This document shows, piece after piece, positions 1-12,390 of a stretch of DNA of 40,294 nucleotides. The notes below the pieces were generated by a model. It ran no database searches, was not told the DNA's origin, and was given only the letters and a program-made list of their open reading frames with translations. The translations under genes and the position numbers were made by a program. The DNA comes from Chiloscyllium plagiosum. Lineage: Eukaryota. Each line of letters starts with the position of its first letter. Within the stretch, counting starts at the first letter, position 1. The DNA lies in assembly GCF_004010195.1 (NCBI RefSeq), contig NC_057752.1, positions 7,419,337 through 7,459,630 of the forward strand, in the 5' to 3' direction.

Positions 1-320
1 ATCCCTTGGGGTTGGAGGGTTCCTGGGCGGAAGATGCCTCAGTCAAACCCATCGAGTCCAGCATCGCCTTCCTAACCTGCAATCTTCTTCCCGACCTCTC
101 CGCCCCCACCCCAGTCTGACCTATCACCCTCACCTTGACCTCTTTCCACCTATCACATTTCCGACGCCCCTCCCCCAAGTCCCTCCTCCCTACCTTTTAT
201 CTTAGCCTGCTGGACAAACTTTCCTCATTCCTGAAGAAGGGCTTATGCCCGAAACGTCGATTCTCCTGTTCCCTGGATGCTGCCTGACCTGCTGTGCTTT
301 TCCAGCAACACATTTCCAGT
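1..320 (+). mobile_element. Penelope-like retroelement 3'/pLTR fragment
   Basis: C-rich tract followed by CTGAAGAAGGGCTTATGCCCGAAACGTCGA...GATGCTGCCTGACCTGCTGTGCTTTTCCAGC. The same terminus recurs at ~10798-11012 (-), 20555-20690 (+) and 37254-37484. Confidence 0.65.
231..258 (+). ncRNA. minimal hammerhead ribozyme-like motif (PLE-associated)
   Basis: CUGAAGA, A, stem II GGGC-UUAU-GCCC, then GAAAC-GUC. Stem I is weak. Confidence 0.55.
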
Positions 321-596
321 ACAGAAAACACTGACCAAGTTCTTGTATTTAACAAGAACTATTGCACATTACTAATTAAGTAAATTCTAATGACAGCTAA
401 ACAGCTATGAACTGTCAATATATGGCTCTACTAGTTAAAGCTCTAACCTTCTTTGAGAACCCCTACACACACATACAGACAAACTGTAAAACACTGATTT
501 TATGGGTGGAGGGAAGAAAGAAATGGGAACCAGACATCAATAGCAATAATTCACTGATATGAACATTTTGGCTCACCATGACGTTTGGTTCTTCAA

Positions 597-1285
597 TGAG
601 GAGTTGATGGCCTAGTGGTATTATTGCTACACTATTCATCCAGAAACTCAGCTAATGTTCTGGGAACCTGGTTTTGAATCCCACCACAGCGGATGGTGGA
701 ATTTGAATTCAATAATAGACTGAAATTAACAACCTACTGATTGTCAATTGTTGGGAAAAACCTATCCAGTTCATTAATGTCCTTCAGGGAAGAAAATAGG
801 CCATCCTCACCTGCTCTGACCTACATGTGACTCTAGACCCACAGCAATATGGTTGACTCTTAACTGCCCTTTGAAATCATAGAATCCCTACAGCATGGAA
901 ACCTGCCCTTCGGCCCAACAAGGCCACACCGACCCTCCGAAGAATAACACACCCAGATGCATTCCTCTACCCTATTATCCTATATTTACCCCTGACTAAT
1001 GCACCTAAGCCACACATCCCTGAACACTATGGACAATTTAGCATGTCCAGTTCACCTAACTTGCACATCATTAGATTGTGGGAGGAAACCAGAGCACCCA
1101 GAGGAAACCCATGCAGACACGGGGAGAATATGCAAACACCACATAGACAGTCACCCGAGGCTGGAATCAAATCCGTCCCTGGTGCTGTGAGGCAGCAGTG
1201 CTAACCACTGAGCTACCATGCCACCCCAAATGGTCTTGCAAGCCACTCAAATCAAAGGCAACCCAGGATGGACAATTGAATTCCA
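597..1285 (+). mobile_element. tRNA-derived SINE (SacSINE1/DeuSINE-like), split by an HE1 SINE
   Basis: A-box-like TGGCCTAGTGG and B-box-like GGTTTTGAATCC. The body reads continuously across ...CCCTTTGAAAT (877) / GGTCTTGCAAGCCACTC (1231). Confidence 0.6.
874..1227 (-). mobile_element. HE1-type (V-SINE) tRNA-derived SINE, full length
   Basis: Minus-strand head GGGTGGCATGGTAGCTCAGTGGTTAGCACTGCTGCCTCACAGC, V-domain core (TGCATGGGTTTCCTCTGGGTGCTCTGGTTTCCTCCCACA) and CR1-derived tail (GGGCCGAAGGG...GGGATTCTATGAT). Confidence 0.85.
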
Positions 1286-1759
1286 TTATATTCAATTACC
1301 CAGGGCCTAATCAGAGAGTTGTCATCAGGCTGATGACGTTTGGATCTATGACTAATCACAATTGCACAAACCAATCAACAACCTGTTTCCAGCCAAACTA
1401 ACTTTGCATACACCCCCTGGTGCCAGGCCATATACAAACAGTTTCCTCCAGTGCATGAACAAAGCAACAGCATAAACACTGCACTCAAAGAGTTTAATTT
1501 TGTTTTTAACTTGTTTTTAAAAGAGCAACAATCCCTTCCACAATCCTTGATTTTAAAATGGTCTTTTTTCCATTTTAGTCCACAGTTAAAAGTACCGAAA
1601 ATAAAATGAAATGGTCATTATAGCCCTTTATTCCTGATTTTTGTGCTGGAAAATAGCTGATGCCCAGTTCCCAATCCCCAAAATTGTTGGCCCTTCAATC
1701 TCTGTGACAGAATTTTGCCTTTTAATTCATATTTTTCATAGTGATTACAAATTCACTTC

Positions 1760-2395
1760 CAGGATGAGGTTAATGCACAAAATTAGTCCAGTAGCTAGGG
1801 TAGCTGGTTGCCTGGAAACAACAAAACAGATTCAAATTAGGCCAATCAGTTTAATTTATGCCCCCAAAAATACCAAACTCCAGTCAAGTTTGAATTTAGG
1901 ATATTGACAATCTTAAAAGTCAATGACACAATCTGATGCTTTGGGGGTATAAGACTGGGGAAAATTGAACAGTTGAGAGGAGAACTGCCAAGTCACCAGC
2001 ACGTACAGACTGCCCGAAAAATAGCTCTCTTGAAGGTACATTTATTGATCAGTAACCTGTGAAACAGAAATTCCTAAGAAGAAGAAAAGAAGAAGAGGAA
2101 GATATAAGAGAAGATTCGTCATCTGGCTGATTTTGAAAATTTGAATTTTAGTAAATCTTAATCGGCGGTTTTATCAGATTCGTATTATAGAAGGGAAAGT
2201 AAAGGCTAGTTTAAAGGAACAAGTTGTAAATAGTTGTTAGTTAATTATTCTCTGTTATACTTTAGGAAATAAAGTTATTAATTTTACTTTAAGTAGTTCC
2301 TAGCCTCTCGAATTTTCACAGATTACTGCACGGGATAAATCTTTTCTGTGTTGCTAGTTTAAATTAAGCAGGAAGGTTTAACCCATCTCGTAAAA
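1760..2395 (+). mobile_element. probable solo LTR fragment
   Basis: TATA-like GGGTATAAGA (~1945), AATAAA (~2268) and an end resembling CGTAACA (CGTAAAA, ~2395). Confidence 0.4.
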
Positions 2396-2575
2396 CTTAC
2401 CAAGAATGCCTCCTATATTCTCATCCAAATCATTTATATAAATGACAAACAGAAGTGGACCCAGTACTGATCCCTGTGGAACACCACTGGTCACAGGTAT
2501 CCAGTCAGAAAAACAGCGCTCCATCACCATTCTCTGTTTCCTACCATAAAGCCAATCTTGTATCCAATTGACCAT
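2393..2575 (-). mobile_element. CR1 LINE reverse transcriptase fragment
   Basis: [12 protein letters not shown]...[23 protein letters not shown]. Confidence 0.9.
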
Positions 2576-3544
2576 TATATACCAGTTGTACAGTAGAAAA
2601 GTGGTAGCTCTTGCGATTAATTAAAACAGTCATATTTTCTAAAGTAACTCTCAAAGTAATGTGGGCATAGACAAGGAATTGGAAGGTTCCTTCAATCTGT
2701 GCTCAACCCAGAGCCCTACCTACTGCTCCTAGATGTCCAGGAGGAAACTAATGAGTACGTTTGTTCGAGCAAACAAGGCATCAGTCATCTGCTGAATACA
2801 AGCAATAAATTGCAGACTGATGTTCCTGATGCTTTGAATTCTATTGACATTCGGAAGTTTCATGAATATGAATTTTGGTTAACTTTTTGTTTCTAAATTA
2901 TTAATGGAAAAAGTGAAAATTGTCATGCTATTTTGATTGAACTGTTTAGGATTTATTAATTATTGATAGGATAATGTTTCATTTCATTAGTGAAATTACT
3001 TGAAATGTAGCTCAGCTCTGGAAGTGCCAACTTTGTGTGGTTCATATTAATGAAGCAAAATTTTTTATTTAAAACTGCTGGCAAGACAAACCAGTTGCAG
3101 AATTTGATTAACAGAGCTATCTGATTATGTGACACGCCAGCCTGTGAAGTAGGCTGTGTGCTTATTCCACAGGTTGCTAAAGGTGAAAAAATATCATTCA
3201 GCAAACCTCTTTTAGTTTTCATGTAACTCTGAACTGGAAAGTAAAGCATCGTATCAACTGCCTTGAAATTGGGATACAGATCTACAGGTTCTAGATGTCG
3301 ATCTTTTTCTTTCCAAATGGGTTTTGTAATGTATGGATTGGGGGTGGAAATTGAATGTCGCCCCATTCCCCATGCCCAGCGGAAACTGAATGGGGAGTAG
3401 TTTAGTCCACATAAATTTAACCAACAGTTGCTGGCTCTTCTGCCTATTTCACATAGGGACTGACCAAGGGAATATAAATGAAACATGGGAGTTTAAACAG
3501 TCCAGGGCTCAAATTAATGACATCAAGCAGGTTTGCAGGCATTT

Positions 3545-5345
3545 CCAACCATCTTCAGTCAGAAATGTCAAGTAGATAATCCGTCTCAGACTCTTGAGGT
3601 CTCCAGCATCACTGTTCAGCCAATTTAGTTGAACTCCACATATCAAGAAATGGTTGAAAGCACTGGATAAAGCAGAGGCCATGGACCCTGACAGCATCCT
3701 GACTATAGACTTATGCTCCAGCACAAGTCATACCCATAGCCAAGTTGTTCCAGTACTGCTGCAACACAGGTATATGACCAGTAGTGTGGAAAATTGCCTA
3801 GGTATGTCTCCTCCAGGTCAAGCAGGATGAGCCCAATCCCATTAGTCTACCCTCAATCATCATCAAAGTGTTGGAAGGTATCATTTACAGTGCAGTCAGA
3901 CTGTACTTGTGCAGCAATAACCTGCTCACTGATATGCAGTTGGATTCTGCCAGGTTACTTAGTTCCAGAAATCATTATAAAGTTGATCCAAACATAGATA
4001 AAGAGCTGAATACGACACGTGAGGTGAGAGCTCCTGTCTGTAACATCAAGGCAGCATTTAAGTGATTGTGGCATTGAGAACCTCTAGCAAAACTGGAGTC
4101 AGTGAGAATCGGGGGGGGGGGGGGGGAATATCTCTCCAATGCTTGGAGTCATGCACAGAAGAACATGGCTGTGGTTGTAGGAGGTCAATCTTCTCAGTTG
4201 TGGAACATTACATCAGGCATTGCTCAGGGTAATGTCGTGGACCCAACCAGATTCAGTCTTTCATCAATGACTTTCCATCCATCATAATGTCAGAAATAGG
4301 CACGTTCTCTGCTGATTGCACAATGTTCAGTATCATTCGCAATCCTCAGATACTGAAGCAGTCCTTGCCCATATGCAGAAAAACCTGGTCAATATTCAAT
4401 TTTCCAATTTCAAATAACCTCCTTCCCCCTCCCGTCCACTGCTCCCTGCCACCAACTGGATTCATTCCTCCCATTGACCAACCAGGTCATACCCTCTACC
4501 TGTCTTCACCTATCCCCAGTTCACCACCCTGCCCCTGCCACCCCCTTTATCTGCAGCTCTCCCTTACACCCACCCCCAGTCCTGAAGAAGGGTTACACCC
4601 GAAATGTTGACTTCTCCAACTCCTGATTCTGCCTAGTTTGCTGTGTTCTTCCAGCCTCCTATCTGTCTACAATATTCAGGTTTTGGCTGATAAGTGGCAA
4701 GTAACATCTGCATCGCAAAATTGCCAGGCAATGACTATCTCCAACAAGAGAGTTTAGCCACCACCCTTTGAGATTCAATGGCATTACCAATACTGAATCC
4801 CCCACTATCAACATTCTGGGAGTTACCATTGACCAGAAACTGAACTGGACCATGCTTGTAAATACTGTGGCTATAAGACAAAGTAAGAGGCTAGAAATTC
4901 TTCTGTGAATAACACACCTCCCAACTACCCAAAGCCTGTCCGCTGTATGCAAAGCACAAGCCAGGGGTGTGATGAAATATTCTCCACTTGCATAGATGCA
5001 TGCAGCTCCAACAACACTCAAAAAGATTATGTAATTCAGGACAAAGCAGCCCCTTTGATTGGCATCCGATTCTTCGCCTTAAACATTCACTTCCTCCCTT
5101 ACTGATGGGCAATGGATACCATTTACAAGCTGCACTGTAGCAACTCACCAAATTGGAGCACATTCCAAACTCGCAACCTCGACCAGCAAGAAAGAAAAGG
5201 GCAGCAAATCTGCAGGAATGCCATGTTAATTCCCCTCCAAACCACACGTCATCCTGACCTATGTTGTTATCCCTTAATTGTCATCAGGTCAAAATCCTGG
5301 AATTCTTTCCCTACCAACACTGTGGGTATACCTGCAACAGCTCAC
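3545..5345 (+). mobile_element. decayed CR1/L2-group LINE, RT region and 3' end
   Basis: Frameshifted RT motifs (IKKWLKALD, LAKLFQY, WNITSGIAQGNVVDP, SADCTMFS). An inverse copy of the same 3' region lies at 17570-18045. Confidence 0.8.
4399..4669 (+). mobile_element. Penelope-like 3' fragment with 9-bp TSD
   Basis: CTGAAGAAGGGTTACACCCGAAATGTTG motif. Flanked by CAATATTCA at 4390-4398 and 4670-4678. Confidence 0.7.
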
Positions 5346-6487
5346 AGGCTAGCTGGCAGCACCTATGGCCCAATAAAAAAAAACCCTGGAAGTAACTGGA
5401 GATGAAGAAGGACTGTGAAGACCTTAATCACCACTTTTGATGCATATCTACCCAGTCCAGTTGAAAGGATGTCTTCTCCAAGAAAACTGCAAATGTCACT
5501 GACTACCTGACTGCTACGCTGATGCATCAAAACCCTGAAGTATTCATGGATATTTTTCTTTTAATTCAAGAATGTGTTGTTTTTAAAAGAGGTTTGTTAC
5601 AGAGACAATAACAGCAGGTGTTTTTCTGCACAGGATCATTGGGATGGAACACTCAAAGGTGCCAAAGAAGCTTCAACAGACTGAAGTGTGATCTCTTGCG
5701 ACTACAAAGTTAACAAGGGGCTTATGACACCTTGATTAACAGCAAACCATACCCCTTGTCCTAGATTGCAGATCCTGTTTGTGTTTTTTTCCTTGGAAGT
5801 ATACAAAGGGACAAAGGTTAAAAGGCCAGTTTCATCTGTGCTGAAGGAGACTAGTGGGACTGAATTCTCAGGTGTACTAGCCTGAGTTTGAATATCAGTA
5901 TGCGTGAGAGTTACAGTTGAAGAATTATCCTCTAGTTACCCCTGTATTGCAGGTTAAGACTGTGCCTCCAATTCCGAGTGCTGCAAACCACTGACAAAGG
6001 AAACAGGAGAACAAACAACTTTTTCTCACCTTGAATTCTGGTATTCAATCATGGTCAAAAGGCATCAGAACTGTAAATTTCAATGAATCTGCAAAATTAT
6101 TGTATGTGAAGCTGACTATTCATCTATCAATATCAACACGACTATTAACTTCCACTGTAACTGTCGCAATGTTCAACTATCCATTGTTAATGAATATTTC
6201 AGAGACTGATCTGTATATCTGCTTTATTTTTATCTTTACCTTTTTGGAATCTTTGAGGAAGAAGTGTAATCAATAGATGTTTCTATGGCCTCAAACAAGA
6301 TTCCAGGCTGGTACATTGCCTCCTGCATGCTAGGGTCAAGGATGTCTTGGAGTAGCCACGGACATTCTGGAGTGGGAGGGTGAACAGCCCATGGTCATGG
6401 TTACACACTGGTACTGATGACAGAGGTGAAAATAGAGATGAGGTCCTAAAAGCAGAATATAGGGAGTTAGGAAATAATTTCAAACGT

Positions 6488-6650
6488 AGAAACACAAAAA
6501 TAAAGTGCTGGGGAAACTCAGCAGGACTAGTGACTATAGAGAGAGAAGTAGAGTTAATGTTTCGAGTCCAGTGACCCTTCATCTGAACACTGAACAGCAC
6601 TTTCTGTTAGTATTTCAGATTTCCAACATCCGGAGTTTTTTGTTTTTATT
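6488..6650. mobile_element. decayed Penelope-like terminal remnant inside CR1 ORF1
   Basis: Minus-strand GATGAAGGGTCACTGGACTCGAAACATT followed by a plus-strand terminus TTTCAGATTTCCAACATCCGGAGT. Confidence 0.5.
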
Positions 6651-7458
6651 TAAGTTAAAAAGTAAGACCTCAAAGACAGTAATCTCAGGACTGTTACCAG
6701 TACCACATGCTAGTCAGAGTAGAAATAGCAGGATATATCAGTTCAACACAGGGCAGGAGAGGTAGTGCAAGGCTTGGGTGGGGGAGGGGGGAGGGGGAAG
6801 GTGTGGGTGGGTGATTTCAGATTCCTGGGATACTCGGGGAGGTGAGGACATACCATTCCCCCCCCCCCCGCCCCCCTCCCCAACCAAACAGGGAGACAGA
6901 AGGGAGGGAAACAGCAGAAGAACCAAACCAGATATGAAACGTCACAGATAGAGGATTCAATAGCAACAATCAATAAGGGCCACAGTGCAAAATAATATGA
7001 ATTGAACTAAGAATGTTAAAAAGACAAGCCTTAAGGCCTTGTAACCTAATGTGCACAGCATTCACAGTAACTGGATGAATTAGTCATGTAAATAGATATA
7101 AGCAGGTTTGATGTAATTGGGATTATGGAGGTGTGACCATTGATAGGAACTGAATATCTAAGGTTATTCAATTTTTTGGCAGGACAGACAAGGAGGAAAA
7201 GGAGGTGGGGTAGCATTCCTGGTTAAAGAGTACATTAACACAATTGTGAGGAAGGATATTAGCTCCAGTGGCATGTAATCTGTATAGGTAGAGTTTAGGT
7301 AGAAACACCAAGGGGCAGAAAATAATATTGGGGGTTGTATATAGACTCCAAAACTATATAATGGTAAAGTTAGGGAAGGCATTAAATGGGAAATCGGAGA
7401 TGCAAGCAATAAAGGTACAGCTGTAATTATGGGCGACTTTAATCTGCATATAGATTGG

Positions 7459-7657
7459 TTTGGAGATGCTGGTGTTGGACTGGGGTGAACAAAGTCAGAA
7501 GTCACACGACACAAAGTTATAGTCCAACAGGTTTATTTGAAATCAAAAGCTTTCTGAGCACTGCCCCTTCATCAGGTGTAGTCACTTCATCCGACGAAGG
7601 GGCAGTGCTCCTAAAGCTTGTGATTTCAAATAAACCTGTTGGACTATATCCTCGTGT
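7459..7657. mobile_element. fold-back (hairpin) Penelope-like insertion with 12-bp TSD
   Basis: ~70-bp inverted arms (about 7508-7577 and 7589-7658). TSD CATATAGATTGG at 7447-7458 and 7658-7669. Confidence 0.8.
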
Positions 7658-8287
7658 CATATAGATTGGGCAAAACAAGTCAGTAACAATGCCACAGAGG
7701 AAGAATTCCTGGAGCACATGTGAGATGGTTTTCTGTATCAATACACTGAGGAACCAACTCGAGAACAAGCTATCCTAGACTGGGTATTGTGTAATGAGAA
7801 AGGAATAATTAGCAATCCAGCCTTGTGTGGCCCCTTGGGGAAGAGTGACCATAATATGATAGGATTCTTCATTAAGATGGGAAGTGATTTAGTTGATTCT
7901 GAAACTACAGTCTTGAATGTAAATAAAGCAAGCTACAATGGTAAGAAGCGCAAGCTGGGTATGATAAATTGGGCAATGTTGCTTAAAGGGATGATGTCTG
8001 ATAGGCAATGGCAAACATTTAAAGATTGCATGGAGGAACTACAACAATTGTTCATTCCTGTCTGGCTCAAAAATAAAATGGGAAAGGTGGTCCGACCATA
8101 TCTAACAAGGGAAATTAGAGACAGCATTAGATCTGGGAAAGGAGCACACAAATTGGCCAAAACAGTAGCAGACCTGAGGATTGAGAGCAGTTTAGTTTTA
8201 AAAGAACAAAAGGAGACCAATTAAGAGGGGAAAATAGAGTATAAAGCTTGTGGAGAGCATATAAATTGATGATTAAAGCTTCTATAG

Positions 8288-9155
8288 TTGGATAGAAAAC
8301 TGGCTAACCGGTCGAAGGCAGAGAGTGGTGGTAGATGGTAAATATTCAGCCTGGAGCCCAGTTACAAGTGGAGTTCCGCAGGGATCAGTTCTGGGTCCTC
8401 TGCTGTTTGTAATTTTTATTAATGACTTAGATGAGGGAGTCGAAGGGTGGGTCAGTAAATTTGCAGATGATACGAAGATAGGTGGAGTTGTGGACAGTGA
8501 AGAGGGCTGTTGTCGGCTGCANNNNNNNNNNNNNNNNNNNNNNNNNNNNNNNNNNNNNNNNNNNNNNNNNNNNNNNNNNNNNNNNNNNNNNNNNNNNNNN
8601 NNNNNNNNNNNNNNNNNNNNNNNNNNNNNNNNNNNNNNNNNNNNNNNNNNNNNNNNNNNNNNNNNNNNNNNNNNNNNNNNNNNNNNNNNNNNNNNNNNNN
8701 NNNNAGAGGGTGCAGAGAAGGTTTACCAGGATGTTGCCTGGAATGGAGAGGAAGTCGTACGAGGATAGGTTGAGAGTTCTCGGCCTTTTCTCGTTGGGAC
8801 GGCGAAGGATGAGGGGTGACTTGATAGAGGTTTATAAGATGATCAGAGGAATAGATAGAGTAGACAGTCAGAAACTTTTTCCCGGGTACAACAGAGTGTT
8901 ACAAGGGGACATAAATTTAAGGTGAAGGGTGGAAGGTATAGGGGAGATGTCAGGGGTGGGTTCTTTACCCAGAGAGTGGTGGGGGCATGGAATGCGCTGC
9001 CCGTGGGAGTGGTAGAGTCGGAATCATTGGCGACCTTTAAGCGGCATTTGGATAGGTACATGGATGGGTACTTAATCTAGGTTAGAAGTTCGGCACAACA
9101 TCGTGGGCCGAAGGGCCTGTTCTGTGCTGTATTGTTCTATGTTCTATGTTCTATG
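8288..9155 (+). mobile_element. younger 5'-truncated CR1 (RT C-terminus, 3' UTR, (TGTTCTA)n tail)
   Basis: [21 protein letters not shown]...KFADDTK. TSD TTCTATAG at 8280-8287 and 9156-9163. Confidence 0.9.
8522..8704. other. assembly gap
   Basis: Run of N. Confidence 1.
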
Positions 9156-9989
9156 TTCTATAGGTATGTGAAGAGAAAAAGCTTAGTGAAGACAAATGTA
9201 AGTCCCTTACAGTCAGAAACAGGGGAAGTTATAATGGGGAACAAAGAGATGGCAGACCAATTGGATGCATATTTTGTTTCTGTCTTCACAGTAACAATCC
9301 AAAAATGTTTGGGAACACAGCGTTTAGTGTGAGAGAGGAACTGAAGGAAATAAGTATTAGTAGGGGAATGGTGTTGGGAAAACTGATGGGATTAACGATT
9401 GATGAATCCCCAAGGCCCCATAATCCACATCCCAGAGTGCTTAAGGAAGTGGCCCTAGAAATAATGGATGCCTTGCTGGTCATCTTTCAAGACTCTGGAA
9501 CAATTCCTATGGATTGGAGGGTAGTTCATGTCACCCAACGATTTAAAATAAAAGGACATAGAGAGAAAACAGGGAATTATAGTCTGCTTAGCCTAACATC
9601 AATAGTAGGGAATCTACTGGGCTCCATTACAAAGAATTAGTAGCAGAGCACTTGGAAAACAGTGACAGAATTGGACAGAGTCAGCATGGATTTACAAAAG
9701 GGAAATCATGCTTCACAAGTCGACTGGAATGTTTCCAGGATCTAACTTGTAGAGTTGATAAGGGGCAACCAGTGGATGTGGTTTACTTGGATTTTCAGGA
9801 AGTGTTTGTTGAGATTCCACATAAGAGATTAGCATGTAAAACTAAAGAGCATGTGGTGGGAGAGCATGTGCAGAAATAGAAAGAGAACTGATTGGCAAAC
9901 AGGAAACAAAGAGTAGGAATAAATAGGTCTTTTTTCAAGCAGCAGCCAATGACTAGTAGTGTACGCAGGAATCATGGCTTGGACCACAG

Positions 9990-11575
9990 GTAATTACAGG
10001 CCAGTGAACCTGACACCAGTGATGGGGAAACTGTTGGAGAAGATATCGAGTGACAGGATTTATTCACATTTGGAAGTAATGGACTTGTTGTGATAAGCCA
10101 CATGGGTTTGTGCAGGGTAGGTCATATTTCACCAACTTGATTGAGTTTTTTGAGGAGGTGGCAAGAATGATTGATGAGGGAAGGACAATGGATGTTGTCT
10201 ACATGGACTTTAGTAAGGCATTTGATAAGGTACCTCATGGTAGACTGGTACAGAAGATAGATACTCATGGGATCTGTGGTGAGCTGGCTAGATGGATACA
10301 AAACTGGCTTGGTCATAGACGACAGAGAGTAGCAATGGAAGGATGCTTTTTGGTATGCAGATCAGTAACTAGTGTGTCTTAGTGGTGGTGTTCAGCTGGA
10401 ACCTTTGTTGTTTGTAATGATCTGGAGCACAATATGGGTGGTCTGAATAGTAAGCTTGTGAATGGCACCAAATTGGCGAAGTTGCACTTAGCAAGGAGGA
10501 TTGTCAAAAAATACAGCAGGATATAGACAGATTGAGATTTGGATAGAGAAATGGCAGATGGGGTTTAATCCAGATAAATGCGAGGTGGTGCATTTTGGAA
10601 GATCAAATTCAGGTGTGAATTATACAATAAATGGCAAAACCCTTGGGAGCATTGGCATACACAGGGATCTGGGCATACAGGCCCACAGATCCCTAAAAGT
10701 GGCAACACAAGTGGATACGGTGGTCAAGAAGGCATCCAGCATGCTTGCCATCATTTGTGCCAGGCATCAACTATAAAAATTGGCAAATCATCTTTCAGGA
10801 GAAAGTGAGGACTGTAGATGCTGGAGATCAGCGTCAAAAGGTGTGGTGCTGGAAAAGCACAGCCGGTCAGGCAGCATTTAAGGAGCAGAAGAGTTGATGT
10901 TTCGGGCATAAGACCTTCATCAGGAATGTTGGGGGGTGGGAAAAGGGGGCTGAGAGATAAATGGGAGGGGGGTGAGGTTGGGGGAAAGGTAGCTCGGAAG
11001 GCGATAGGTAGATGAAGACTTTAGTTAGGCCACATTTGGAATATTGTGTGCAGTTCTGGTTGCCACACTACCAGAAGGATATGGATGCTTTGGAGAGGGT
11101 GCAGAGAAGGTTTATCAGGATGTTGCCTGGTCTGGAGGGATTTAGTTATGTGGAGAAGTTGGATAAACCCAGATTGTTTTCACTGGAAAGACGGGGGCTG
11201 AGGGGCAACCTAATAAAGGTCTACAAAATTATGAGAGATATAGGGTAGATAGTCAGAGGCCTTTTCCATTGATGGAAATGTCAACTAAACGAGGACATGG
11301 GTTCAAGGTGAGAGGGGGACATTTAGGGGAGAAGTGTGGGGAAAAGTTTTCACACAGAACGTGGTGGGTGCCCGGAATGCACTGCCAGTAGAGGTGATGA
11401 AAGCAGGCATGTTAGCAATGTTTGAGGTATATCTTGATAGACATATGAATGGGAGCTGAACAGATGGATAGCGACCACGTATGGGCAATAAATAGTGGGT
11501 CTAAATAAGGATTAGGAATTGGCACAGGCTTGGTGGTACAAAGGGCCTGTAACTGTGCTGTATTGTATTGTATAC
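9990..11575 (+). mobile_element. decayed CR1 LINE, RT to 3' tail
   Basis: TNLIEFFEEV...YMDFSKAFDKVPH; KTLVRPHLEYCVQFW; tail TGTATTGTAT. Confidence 0.9.
10798..11012 (-). mobile_element. Penelope-like 3' fragment inserted in CR1
   Basis: Reverse complement of the 1-320 family, including CCTGATGAAGGTCTTATGCCCGAAACATC. Confidence 0.7.
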
Positions 11576-11929
11576 AGTGCCACAAACCAAGACACACAAG
11601 CATCAAACTTAGCAACAAAATGATGTAAGCAAGTGCTATGCAGTTTAATAAAAGTAATGAAAGATTATATAATTATATTTAGTTCTTTCATTGCATAGGA
11701 AAGAGGATCAGTTGCCTAATGATCGATATTGTGATCTTTGATGCTTGTGGTGCTAATCTTTTCGGGTATCAGTGACCCACCATATTGAAACACTGTAGCC
11801 TGTACCACTTTAATACCAAGTGTGCAGTGTTCATCCCAATGTGACCCAGAGGTATTCATGTCACTGATAACTTGTGTACTTACTGACTGTGGCGTCAACT
11901 TTTCTTTCCCATCTTTTCCCAAAACCCTT

Positions 11930-12390
11930 TGATTTTCCTGTTAGTTAAAACTCTATCAACCTCTGCCTTCAAAATATTTAATGACCGTGCCTCTACCCTC
12001 TCTAGGATTGAGTGATCTAAAGACTCCTGATCCTCTGATGGAAAAAATCAATTATTCTCATCTTCATTTTAAATGGGCAACCTTATACTTAAACAGTGTC
12101 CCTGAGTTCTATTCTCTCCTACAAGGTGAAATAATTTGTAGCATCTACTGTGTTAAGATCCCTTAGGACCCCTATATGTTTCAATAAGATCACCTGTCAT
12201 TCTTCTAAACTCCAATGGATACAGGACCTAATCTATCTGACTCTTGCTCCTAAGAAAACATCCCCCTCTACACATCTCAAAACCCAAATATCGTGAAGGG
12301 AACCGTCACTAAATTGTTTTTGATAATTTATTCCTTTCTTAAATAAGGACCATAACTGCACACGATACTCCAGATGTGGCCTCACCAACC
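11930..12390 (-). mobile_element. older CR1 3' fragment (probably continues at ~14660-14830)
   Basis: LVRPHLEYRVQLWS on the minus strand. Confidence 0.75.

Larger units (their letters stand above)
321..1709 (-). mobile_element. probable decayed solo LTR, interrupted by two SINEs
   Basis: Ends in ...TCTGTGACA (TGTCAC on the minus strand) with LTR-like composition on both sides of the SINE nest. No TSD found. Confidence 0.3.
6285..9990 (+). mobile_element. decayed CR1 LINE (ORF1 SGNH/esterase end, ORF2 endonuclease-RT) with several nested insertions
   Basis: ORF1-like ARVKDV...HTGTDD and VISGLLPVP; endonuclease MGDFNLHIDW and LGKSDHNMI; RT SQHGFTKGKSC and VDVVYLDF. Confidence 0.9.

Noticed and set aside
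1150..1227. tRNA genes (also at 597-690 and 29370-29445)
   Set aside because: These are tRNA-derived SINE heads attached to SINE bodies, not cloverleaf tRNA genes.
2956..3486. 176-aa minus-strand ORF
   Set aside because: No recognisable domain or convincing splice context; probably a chance ORF.
5400..6270. LTR-like sequence (similar impression at ~16820-17560)
   Set aside because: No definable TG...CA ends or TSD; composition alone is not enough.
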